NCBI GenBank assembly: GCA_963809895.1
Contig: CAWELD010000003.1
Location: 2,880,001 to 2,944,000 of the forward strand
DNA: 64,000 bases
From: an uncultured Gemmatimonadales bacterium
Lineage (GTDB): Bacteria; Gemmatimonadota; Gemmatimonadetes; Longimicrobiales; Gaopeijiaceae
Direction of reading: 5' to 3'
Shown: positions 1 through 9,721 of the stretch, in pieces
How the letters are laid out: each line of letters begins with the position of its first letter
How positions within the stretch are numbered: position 1 is the stretch's first letter
Notes under the pieces: generated by a model
The model's database searches: none
Seen by the model: only the letters and a program-made list of their open reading frames with translations
Told to the model about the DNA's origin: nothing
Made by a program: the position numbers and the translations under genes

Positions 1-278
1 ACCCCTCGCCCTCCCCCCGGGACCTGGTCCTGCTGGTGCTGCTGGGCACGGTGTTCACGGCGCTGGCCCACAGCCTCTTCATCCGGGGACTGCGTACCGT
101 CGAGGCCCGCACCGCCAGCATCGTCACGACGCTGGAGCCTCTCTACGGGATCCTCCTGGCCGCCCTCCTCCTGGGGGAGGTTCCGGGCCCGCGCATCCTG
201 GCCGGGGGAGGACTCATCCTCGCGGCGACGGCCTGGGTTACGCTGCGAACGCCGCCGACCCCGGTATCACCAGGTTAG
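1..278 (+). CDS. DMT/EamA family transporter, 3' part (5' end outside window)
   Basis: Frame is open from the window edge. Hydrophobic helices with the EamA C-terminal pattern 'ASIVTTLEPLYGILLAALLLGE...ILAGGGLIL'. Confidence 0.85.
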   Translation, partial: PSPSPRDLVLLVLLGTVFTALAHSLFIRGLRTVEARTASIVTTLEPLYGILLAALLLGEVPGPRILAGGGLILAATAWVTLRTPPTPVSPG

Positions 279-351
279 CCACGGTGCACCGTCGATCCCA
301 GCAGCCAGGCTCCCTGACCGCGTCCTCGTCCCTCGCTCCCCCCGTGCCGCC

Positions 352-2281
352 GTGTTGATCTTCGCCTTCTCCGTTGCCGCCTCCCTGACGCTGGGCTCCA
401 CGCCCGACACCACGGCCTACGAGGTGCTGAACCACGGGCGCCACGCCGGCGACATGATCGTGGTGCGCCAGGCCGACACCGTCCACGTCCGCTACATCTA
501 CCGGGACCGCAACCGGGGCACGCGCCGCGAGGTCCTCTACCACATGGCCCCCGACGGGGGCGTCGCCGGCGCGGCGTCCGCCGTCGTGGACGCCGACGGC
601 CAGGCCCGAGATCCCGACGAACGCTTCGTGGTGGAGGGCGACCGGGTGCGGTGGACCCGCAACGGGCGCGCCGACTCGGCCTCGGCCGAAGAACGGAGCG
701 CTCTACGACCTCGGCGGCGACACTCCCTTCGATCGGGCGGCGCTGGCCAGGTCGCTGCTACGGCATCCCGACGGCCGAGCTCCCCTGCTTCCGTCGGGAG
801 AGGCCCAGGCATGGGTGGCGGCCGACACGGCGCTGGCAGGGGGCGACGACGGGCGCCTCCGCTTCGTGCTGGTACGAGAGACCACGGGCTCGGAGGCCCA
901 GGGGCGCTGGACCGACGAATGGGGGGTGTGGCTGGACTCCGAAGGGCGTCTGGTGGCCACCGACGCCGGCTGGTTCATCACCGTGCTGGAGGGCAGACAG
1001 GCGCTGCTCCCGGCGCTCCGGGCCATGGAGACCCGGGTGCGCGAGGTCCGCGCCCAGGAGCTGGAGCAGGCCGTTCGGCAACCCGTGGCGGGGCAGCTGG
1101 TGATCGCCGGCGGCGACGTGTTCGACAGCGAGAGCGGCACGGTCCTGCCCGACATGACGGTGGTGGTCGAGGACGACCGCATCACCCGCGTGGTCCCGGC
1201 CTCGGACTACCAGGCGCCCGCCGACGCCACCGTGGTGGACGCCCGCGGCCGCACCGTGCTGCCGGGACTGTGGGACATGCACGTGCACCTGAACTTCGGC
1301 AGCCAGACCGTCGGCATGGTGACCAAGCTCGCTGCGGGCGTCACCAGCGCCCGGGACATGGCCTCGGACCTGGACGTGGCACTCTCCCACCGCCGGCGCG
1401 CCGACCAGGGCACCATCGCCTCGCCCCGCATGCTCCTGGCCGGCTTCATGGAGGGTCCCGGAGCCTGGGCGGGCCCCACCGAGGTGCTGGTGCGGGACGA
1501 GGCCGAGGCGCTGCGCTGGGTGGCGCGCTACGACTCGCTGGGCTACCGACAGATCAAGCTCTACAACCTCATCCACCCGGACCTCGTGCCCACCATCTCC
1601 CGGGAAGCGCACCGCCGGGGCATGCGGCTGAGCGGACACATCCCCCGCGGGCTCAGCCTCGAGGCCGCCGTGGAGCTCGGCTACGACGAGGTGAACCACG
1701 CGGCGTTCCTCTTCTCCACCTTCTTTCCCGACTCGCTGTTCGTGCCCACCATGCGTCCCTACTCGGGAGTGGCGTCGGCGGTGGCGGGGGATTTCGATGT
1801 CGACGGTCCCGCCATGAACGGCCTGCTCGAGTTCCTGAAGGACCACGGCACGGTGGTGGACGGCACCTTCGCCATCTGGGAAGGATGGGGGATGCTGGAC
1901 GGCCAGGGGCCGCCCTCCGCCCACGCCTATGAACGGCTGCTCCGACGCCTCTTCGAGGAGGGGGTCACGCTGGTCCCGGGCACCGACGCGGCCAGCGGCA
2001 CCCAGCTCCTCGTCGAGTTGGAGCTGTACGAGCACGCCGGCATCCCCGCCCCCGAGGTGCTGCGCATCGCGACCCTGATCCCGGCCACCGTCATGGGCGA
2101 GGCCGCGGACTACGGAAGCGTGACCGCGGGCAAGATCGCGGATCTCGTCATCGTCGACGGCCGTCCCGCCGAACACATCCGTGACCTGCGACGGACGGAG
2201 TGGGTGGTGCGCGCCGGGCGTCTCTACCGGTCGGAGGATCTTTATCGCGCGGCGGGCGTCGTGCCTCCGCCGCACCCGTGA
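352..2281 (+). CDS. Secreted metal-dependent amidohydrolase with N-terminal accessory domain; one frameshift near 690
   Basis: Signal-peptide-like start in ORF 352. After about 690 the reading continues in the frame of ORF 815..2281 (ALYDLGGDTPFD...). Amidohydrolase motifs PGLWDMHVH, QIKLY, LSGH, VPGTD, GKIADLVIVDG. Confidence 0.85.
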
Positions 2282-2288
2282 GCGATTC

Positions 2289-3947
2289 CTACTGCTTCGT
2301 GACCGTCACGGTCCCCACGGCGGTCCCGCCGCCGGTGAAGTAGACGGTGAAGTCGGCCGTGTGGCTGCTGGCGCTGTTGGTCCCCGAGTAGTCCCAGGCA
2401 TCGATGCCGCTGGTGGGTACGGACACGCTGGACAGGTCGAACGAGCCCGGCGCCAGGTCGAACTGCACCGGTCCGTGCGAGGGTGAGGTGTAGTCCACCA
2501 TCATCGTCTCGGCCTTCAGGGTGCCCACGATGGTCATGGGCGGCGGATCCGACGTGCCGAACACGAACCCGTCCACGTCCAGGATCAGCGTGGCCTTCAG
2601 ATTGTCGACGTCGATGGTCAGCGTGGCGTTGATCGCGCCCGTGGACGCATAGGTCGTATTGGTCCAGCTCCCGGCCCACGTTCCGGCCCACTGGGTCCAG
2701 TCGATGGTGGAGGTGAGGTCGGCCGTGCCCTCGATGCCGTCGACGCTGGCCGTGATGGTCACCGCCCCCGGCGCCAGCGTGGTCACCAGCCCGTCTCCGT
2801 CCACCGTGGCCACGCTCTCGTCGGAGCTGCTCCACGCGAGCGTCTCGCCCTGGAGCTCGTTGTCGCCCGCGTCCAGCGCCTTGCCGGACATCTGGACCGT
2901 CCCCCCGGACACGACGCCCAGCACCGGGGTCGTGACCACCACGGAAGCGACGGTGTTCTGGACGGTGATGGCCGCGGTGCCCTCCACACCCTCCGAGGTC
3001 GCCGTGACGGTGGCGGATCCTTCGGCCATGCCCGTCACCAGGCCCTCGTCGTCCACGGTGGCCACCGCGTCGTCGGAGCTCGCCCAACCAACGTCCCGCT
3101 CCAGGGCATCGCCGTTCGCGTCGCGGGGCGTGGCCGTGAGGGCGACGCTGCCGCCGACGCCGATCTGCGCCTCGGCGGGATCGACGGTCACCGAGGCCAC
3201 CGGGATCCGCACCGTGACGGTGCTGCTGCCCTGCGCCCCCTCGCTGGTGGCCGTCACCGTGGTGGCGCCTTCGCCCTGGCCGGTGACCAGGCCGTCGGCA
3301 TCCACGGTGGCCACCGCTTCGTCGCCGCTGCTCCAGGTCACTTCGCGGTCGAGCAGTTCCAGGCCGTCCGCCGACTTCGGGTGCGCGGTGAGCTGACCGG
3401 TCGCTCCCAGGTCGACGGCGAGCTCGGCCGGGGTCACGTCCACGCCCGCCACGTGCGGCCCCAGCACGCCGTAGACGCTGAAGCTGTTGATGGACCCGCT
3501 CACGGTATTGCTGCCGGCGTCGACGGTGCTGCCCTGCACCTCTTCCCAGCCACCGCTCACGGCCTTATAGAGCCCCAGCTCCTGCTCGCGCACGCCCGCC
3601 GGCAACTGGCCGGGATCATAGCCCAGGGTGAGACCCACGGGCTGCGAGAACTGGGTGCCGTCGGGCCCCAGATCACGATCCGAGCCACCGACCAGGAAAT
3701 CGTCGGCGGGGCCCCCACCCAGCTGCACGGTCACCGTCAGGTCCGACGACACGGCGCCGGCCGGGAACACCAGCACGACCCCGCCGTTCTGAAAGGAGAG
3801 CGTACCGCCGTCGGGTCCCACCGTGTCTTCCGGCCCCTCGGGTCCCGACGGAGACCCGTCGTCTCCCCCGCACGCCTGCACGAGGACGAGCGGAGCGAGG
3901 AGCGTGAGCAGGCCGGCAAGCGCGCGGAAAGCCCGGGAGCGGATCAT
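2289..3947 (-). CDS. Surface lipoprotein with ZU5-like region and three BIG2 Ig-like repeats
   Basis: ATG at 3947, lipobox-like LVQAC, 'VGPDGGTL...FPAGAV...LGPDGTQFSQPV' segment, three repeats of about 83 aa containing W-x-S-x-D-x-x-VATVD-x-x-GLVT. Confidence 0.85.
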   Translation of the reverse strand: MIRSRAFRALAGLLTLLAPLVLVQACGGDDGSPSGPEGPEDTVGPDGGTLSFQNGGVVLVFPAGAVSSDLTVTVQLGGGPADDFLVGGSDRDLGPDGTQFSQPVGLTLGYDPGQLPAGVREQELGLYKAVSGGWEEVQGSTVDAGSNTVSGSINSFSVYGVLGPHVAGVDVTPAELAVDLGATGQLTAHPKSADGLELLDREVTWSSGDEAVATVDADGLVTGQGEGATTVTATSEGAQGSSTVTVRIPVASVTVDPAEAQIGVGGSVALTATPRDANGDALERDVGWASSDDAVATVDDEGLVTGMAEGSATVTATSEGVEGTAAITVQNTVASVVVTTPVLGVVSGGTVQMSGKALDAGDNELQGETLAWSSSDESVATVDGDGLVTTLAPGAVTITASVDGIEGTADLTSTIDWTQWAGTWAGSWTNTTYASTGAINATLTIDVDNLKATLILDVDGFVFGTSDPPPMTIVGTLKAETMMVDYTSPSHGPVQFDLAPGSFDLSSVSVPTSGIDAWDYSGTNSASSHTADFTVYFTGGGTAVGTVTVTKQ

Positions 3948-4051
3948 TCCGGTATCCTGTGGGGAGGGACACGAAGACTCGTCTCGTTCCAAGTTGAGCC
4001 TCTCCGCCCGCGCCAGACAACCGTGTCGCCTCCGGCGGTGGCCCCGACCCC

Positions 4052-4743
<692 letters not shown>

Positions 4744-4747
<4 letters not shown>

Positions 4748-5877
4748 GGGCGGAACACCTCGCCCGGATAGACCCGCCGGAGCTTCCAGAGTGGCAACCA
4801 CGCCGCCAGCATCCCCAGCACCAGCGCTCCCAGAACCGTCGCCGGCACCGTCCACGGCCCGGCCGCGAAGGCGATCTCGGGCATGACGCTCCGGGCCACC
4901 AGGGCGGCGCATGCATACACGAGGACACCGGCGCCCAGCCCGCACACGACGGTGAAGAAGGCCTGGCGCAGGACGAGGCCGTCCACCCAGCGTGACCCGG
5001 CACCCACCGCCTTCAGGAGCGCGTAGTCCTCGCGGCGTTCCAGAACCCCACCGTACAGCAGCAGTGACAGGATCACTCCGCCCACCACGACCCCGAACAC
5101 GGTCAGCGTCCAGAGCAGCGGCAGCACGCCGGTGCGCATCTCGGCCACGTTGTTCGCGCTGAACTCGGCCTGCGTGAAGGTGTTGAGCTCGTCGAAACGA
5201 GCTCGCAGCGTGTCGGTGACCGTGCGCGCCGTGGTCCCGGACGTGGCCTGCACCAGCAGGTAGCTGACGATGCCCTCGAAGCCCAGGAGCCGCTGCGCGT
5301 CAGGGAGCGTGGCGAAGGCGAACTGGGTGACCAGAGCGTTGGTGCCGGAGGTGAGACCTCCGACGCGGAAGGTCAGGCCCTGGACCTCGATGGAGTCGCC
5401 CATGGTGAGGCCGTAGCGAGCCGCCAGCGCACGGTCCACGAGCAGCGTGCCCGGCTCCGGCGTCGGCTGGCCCGCCACCACGGTGGGACGCGTGGCGTCG
5501 GCCCGCGGATCGATCCCCAGGATGAAGAAGGTGGCCCGGCGACCCCGGATGCGCGTGCTGGCGATGACCCGCAGAAGGGGATCCACCCGACCGACCCCGG
5601 GAATGGTCCGCAGCCCCTCCGCCATCTCCTCCTGCATGTACGAGACACTGCGCACCAGGTTGGTGGAGTTCCGGTGCATGACCCATGCGTCCACGGGCCG
5701 GGCCGCCACGTAACCGTTGCCCTCCAGCAGAGCGCCCTGGTAGACGGTGAAGAGGAAGAGAACGAGACCCACCGTCATGCCCACCCCGGCCACGGTGAGC
5801 CCGAAGCGGGCCCGGTCGTGCACCAGCATGCGGCGCCCGACCGGTACGCGGCCGCCGAGCCCCGGCAGCGAGCTCAA
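4744..5877 (-). CDS. ABC transporter permease (FtsX/MacB/DevC-like)
   Basis: N-terminal TM, periplasmic domain, three C-terminal TMs with ERREDYALLKAVGA; coupled to the ATPase gene. Confidence 0.9.
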
Positions 5878-5907
5878 GACCGGTGCATCCCGCCGGAGCG
5901 GGACCCG

Positions 5908-7761
5908 TCAGTCACCACCCCACCGGTTGTCGTCCCGATTCACGTCGGGCATGAATCGGTCGGGATCGATGACCACCGAGGTCACCTCACCGTCGACGGT
6001 GAGCTGGATACGGTGGTCCTGCCAGGCGTCCACGTCCTGACGCAGCCGCTGCAGGGTGCCGTCGGCGGTCTCGACCAGGAGGAGGACCGGCATGGGGATC
6101 GAACCCCGGTCCTCGAGCACGATGGTCGATTCCTCCGAACCCGGGCGCACCTCGGCCACCGCCTGGTCCAGCACCCGGGTGGTGTACATCCACGGATAGA
6201 AGAACCAGTCCAGATCCTCACCGCTGACATCCTCGAAGGTCCAGAAGAGGTCCAGGGGGTCGGGGTGCTTGAACGCCCAGCGGCGGGTGTACTCCCGCAG
6301 CGCGCGATCGAAGATCTCCTGACCCAGCACCGCGCGCAGGGCGCGCATGACCGACGCCGGCTTGCCGTAGGAGGCCATCCCCCGATTGCCGAAGGGGCCG
6401 TAGAGATCCGCATGCCGCATGCTGGGCGTCTCACGGTCCGACCCCGCCAGGCGAACGTAGCCGTTCATGTCGTTGAGCCCACCGTCGGTTCCGAAGAGCT
6501 CCTGGCTCGACAGGTTCTCGGCGAAGGAGGCGAGGCCCTCGTCCATCCACGCGTGCGCCTTCTCGTTGGACCCCACCACCATGGGCCACCACATGTGCCC
6601 CAGCTCGTGGGCAATCACGCTGTAGAGCGAGGCGGGCGTCCGGCCTCCGCCGATGATGGTGATCATGGGATACTCCATCCCCCCGCCGATCACCCCTTCG
6701 TTCACCGTGGCCTGGGGATACGGGTACGGGAACCAGGTGGAATGGCTCTCGATGGCGTGGCGCGCGAACTCCGCCGACTGGCTCCAGTTCGACTGATCGG
6801 GCCGGTACAGCGTCTGGATCAGGGGATGCCGCCGCACCTGGGGTCCATCCGAGTAGTCGGCCATGGTGGCGTCCCAGACGTACTCGTCCGAGGCGCCCCA
6901 GGCGAAATCGCGCACGTTGCGCGCCGTGAAGTGCCAGGTGAGCAAGCCGTCGTCACCCCCGTCGCGGGTGGAGCGGCCCGCATCCCGGTCTTCGGTGGAC
7001 ACCACGTGCACGATGCTGTCGGTAGAGGCGTCGTTGAGCCGCGCCATGGCCTCGGGACGGAGCACCTGAGATGCGTTCTGCAGCTCGCCCGACGCGCCCA
7101 CCAGCCATCCCTCGGGCACCGTCACCTCCACGTCGAAGTCCCCGTACTCGAGATAGAATTCGCCGTCGCCCATGTAGGGGTCCCGCACCCAGCCCACAAG
7201 GTCGTCGTAGACCGCGATCTGCGGGTACCACTGCCCGAGGAAGAACACCTCGTGGCCCACCCGACCCATGCGAAACGTCCCTTCCGGCACGGTGAAGGAC
7301 CACGTGGCCTGGAGCTCGACGGTGGCGCCGGGAGCCAACGGACGGGCCAGCGGCAGGCTCAGCACCGTGGGCAGAGAGCGGCCGGTCGGTGCGGACACCT
7401 CCACGACGTTTCCACCCAACACGACCCGCTCCAGCGTGATGCCTCCGGTGATGGGAACCGTGCGATTCCTCACGTTGCCCGGCGCGAACACGTTCTGGCC
7501 CAGGTTGAGCACGATCTGGTTCAGGGTGTCCGGCGAGTTGTTCGTGTAGCGAACGCTCTCCTCGCCGCGCAGGAGCGCGGCCACCGGATCCAGGCCCGCG
7601 CGGATCGCGTATGCCACCCTCTGCTGCCAATATCTCGGGCCCGGGGCTCCGGTGCGGGCCCGGGTGCCGGCGGCCAGCGCCTGTTGGTAGGCGTGGGGAA
7701 CGGGCAATGTGTCGGCGGGCTGACCCAGGGCCAACCCGGCCAGAAGCAGAAATCTGATCAC
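5908..7761 (-). CDS. Secreted M1 family zinc aminopeptidase
   Basis: GTG start with signal peptide (VIRFLLLAGLALG), GGMEYP exopeptidase motif, HELGH...DEG gluzincin motif. Confidence 0.92.
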   Translation of the reverse strand: MIRFLLLAGLALGQPADTLPVPHAYQQALAAGTRARTGAPGPRYWQQRVAYAIRAGLDPVAALLRGEESVRYTNNSPDTLNQIVLNLGQNVFAPGNVRNRTVPITGGITLERVVLGGNVVEVSAPTGRSLPTVLSLPLARPLAPGATVELQATWSFTVPEGTFRMGRVGHEVFFLGQWYPQIAVYDDLVGWVRDPYMGDGEFYLEYGDFDVEVTVPEGWLVGASGELQNASQVLRPEAMARLNDASTDSIVHVVSTEDRDAGRSTRDGGDDGLLTWHFTARNVRDFAWGASDEYVWDATMADYSDGPQVRRHPLIQTLYRPDQSNWSQSAEFARHAIESHSTWFPYPYPQATVNEGVIGGGMEYPMITIIGGGRTPASLYSVIAHELGHMWWPMVVGSNEKAHAWMDEGLASFAENLSSQELFGTDGGLNDMNGYVRLAGSDRETPSMRHADLYGPFGNRGMASYGKPASVMRALRAVLGQEIFDRALREYTRRWAFKHPDPLDLFWTFEDVSGEDLDWFFYPWMYTTRVLDQAVAEVRPGSEESTIVLEDRGSIPMPVLLLVETADGTLQRLRQDVDAWQDHRIQLTVDGEVTSVVIDPDRFMPDVNRDDNRWGGD

Positions 7762-7825
7762 GGTTCGAGCGCCTCCGGAGGGTCGAGCGGTTGCCGTTGC
7801 AGTTGAGGGTGAGCGAGTCCGAGGG

Positions 7826-8221
7826 TCAAGGCGGCCGGACGAAGGACTCGAAGAGACGATCGAGCTCGACGGCCGGATGGTCACAGACGCCCTCGTGCAC
7901 CGGCGAGCACTGCAGCACGTCCGATCGGGGTGACGTGATCCAGTGGAAACGCTCCGAGGGCGGCGCCAGCGCCACCGGTCCCGCTTCGGCGTCACCCTGG
8001 CAGACCGCCCGCGCCGACAGCAGATAGCGCTGGAGCAGCTCCACATCGGTCTCGGGCACGCGACGCCGCAACTCGGCAGCATCGTCCAGAACGCGGATCC
8101 CGAGGTACTCGCGGGTGCGGGCGTGGAGCACGACCCCGACGTTGGTGAACGCGCCGAGATGAACGTGCGGCACCGCGCGCAGCACGGCGAAGGCGTAGGC
8201 GACCGAGCCCTCGGAGCTCAT
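7826..8221 (-). CDS. DUF3037 family protein (partner of HipA-like kinase)
   Basis: YAFAVLRAVP...FTNVGVVL...ERFHWITSPRSDVLQCSPVHEG pattern; ATGA overlap with the upstream kinase. Confidence 0.85.
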   Translation of the reverse strand: MSSEGSVAYAFAVLRAVPHVHLGAFTNVGVVLHARTREYLGIRVLDDAAELRRRVPETDVELLQRYLLSARAVCQGDAEAGPVALAPPSERFHWITSPRSDVLQCSPVHEGVCDHPAVELDRLFESFVRPP

Positions 8222-9051
8222 CGCCGGGCCTGCAGCCGAGTGGGAGGGCTGTCCGCTCGGCGCTGCTTGGCGGCGGCGGCTTCCTCCACGAACGCGCGCC
8301 GGGCGCCGAGGCGAGTGAGGAGGTAGCGCCGGTAGCGGGCACGGGCCTCGTCGCCGGTGGTGAACGGATCCACCTCGGGTCGGTCCAGGAGGAGATCGTC
8401 GGGCACGGCCTGGAGCACGTCGGTGAGCAGCTCGGGGGTCAGGCGCGCGCTCATGCGACGGTCGGCGTCGCCGAGGTCTCCGGCGCGGGCCAGGAGCACG
8501 TGATCGCGGATCAGCGCGAAGGGCGTCGTGGTCCTCGCGTCGTCCACGCGGCTCCAGTCGTGGTGGGCGTACAGGGCGGCGCCGTGATCGATGAGCCAGG
8601 CACGCCGCTCCCAGACCAGCAGATTGGGGTTGCGGTGCGTGCGGTCGGGGTTGGTGACGTATGCATCGAACCACACCAGATCTGCCGCGAGCTCCGCCGA
8701 TACCAGCTCACCGGCCGCCATCTCGTCGTAGTTGAAGGCACCGTCGAGATAGCGCATGGCCACGTTGATTCCGTGGCTGGCCCGCAAAATGTCCTGGATC
8801 TCGGGATCGGGCTCCTGGCGCCCGAAGGCCGGCGCCACCTCGATGAGCGCCAGGTCGGGGACCGGGAGGCCGAGCTCCCGGGCGAGCAGTCCCACCACCA
8901 GCTCGGCGACGAGGGCCTTGGCACCCTGGCCCGCACCGCGGAACTTCGCGACGTAGAGGCCGTCGTCGGTGTCCACGACCGCCGGCAGCGATCCGCCCTC
9001 CCGAAGAGGCTGCACGTACCGGGTGGCCCGGTGCTTCGCCAGCTCGATCAT
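8218..9051 (-). CDS. HipA-like (HipA_2 type) kinase
   Basis: YVQPLREGGSLP, YVAKFRGAGQG-KALVAE, NPDRTHRNPN catalytic loop and LIDHG Mg-binding motif. Confidence 0.85.
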   Translation of the reverse strand: MIELAKHRATRYVQPLREGGSLPAVVDTDDGLYVAKFRGAGQGAKALVAELVVGLLARELGLPVPDLALIEVAPAFGRQEPDPEIQDILRASHGINVAMRYLDGAFNYDEMAAGELVSAELAADLVWFDAYVTNPDRTHRNPNLLVWERRAWLIDHGAALYAHHDWSRVDDARTTTPFALIRDHVLLARAGDLGDADRRMSARLTPELLTDVLQAVPDDLLLDRPEVDPFTTGDEARARYRRYLLTRLGARRAFVEEAAAAKQRRADSPPTRLQARR

Positions 9052-9163
9052 GACGTACAGCTTACCGGGCCGGAGCGGACCGCGGGAGGGGCGGTCACGG
9101 TTGCGCACGGGAAGAGCGGTCCTCTATCGTCGATGTGAGGCCCTCCCCCAATCCCCCGGCGCC

Positions 9164-9721
9164 ATGTCCGGACCTCCGGATGTCACCCAGCTGCTGGCCG
9201 CCATTCGCGGCGGGGACCGGAGCTCGTTCGAGCCCCTCTTCCGGCTGGTCTACGAGGAGCTGTATCGGCGGGCCCATTTTCAGCGGCGAGACGGCCCCGC
9301 CACCCCCACGCTCAACACGACGGCGCTGGTCCACGAAGCCTATCTGAAGCTCGCAGGCGCCGGAAACCCGGACTGGGAGGATCGGCGACACTTCTTTCGC
9401 GTGGCCGCACGGGCCATGCGTCAGATTCTCGTGGACGCCGCCCGCCGGCGTGCCGCCGGGAAGCGGGGTGGGGGCGGACCCGTGCTGGATCTCGACGCCG
9501 CCGAGATCGGCGCCGATACGCAGGCCGACGAGATCCTGGCCCTCGAAGAGGCGCTCTCACGTCTGGAGGGCATGAATCCCCGTCTCGCGCGCGTGGTCGA
9601 GTTGCGGTTCTTCGCGGGCCTCACGGTGGAAGAGACCGCGGAGGCCATGGAGACGTCGGAGCGCACGGTGAAGCGCGATTGGCGATTGGCCCGGGCCTTT
9701 CTCCATCAGGCCCTCACATGA
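9164..9721 (+). CDS. ECF sigma factor, TIGR02999-like group (kinase-associated)
   Basis: DVTQLL, TALVHEAYLKL, HFFRVAARAMRQILVDAARRR, VELRFFAGLTVEETA, RTVKRDWRLARA. Confidence 0.92.
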   Translation: MSGPPDVTQLLAAIRGGDRSSFEPLFRLVYEELYRRAHFQRRDGPATPTLNTTALVHEAYLKLAGAGNPDWEDRRHFFRVAARAMRQILVDAARRRAAGKRGGGGPVLDLDAAEIGADTQADEILALEEALSRLEGMNPRLARVVELRFFAGLTVEETAEAMETSERTVKRDWRLARAFLHQALT

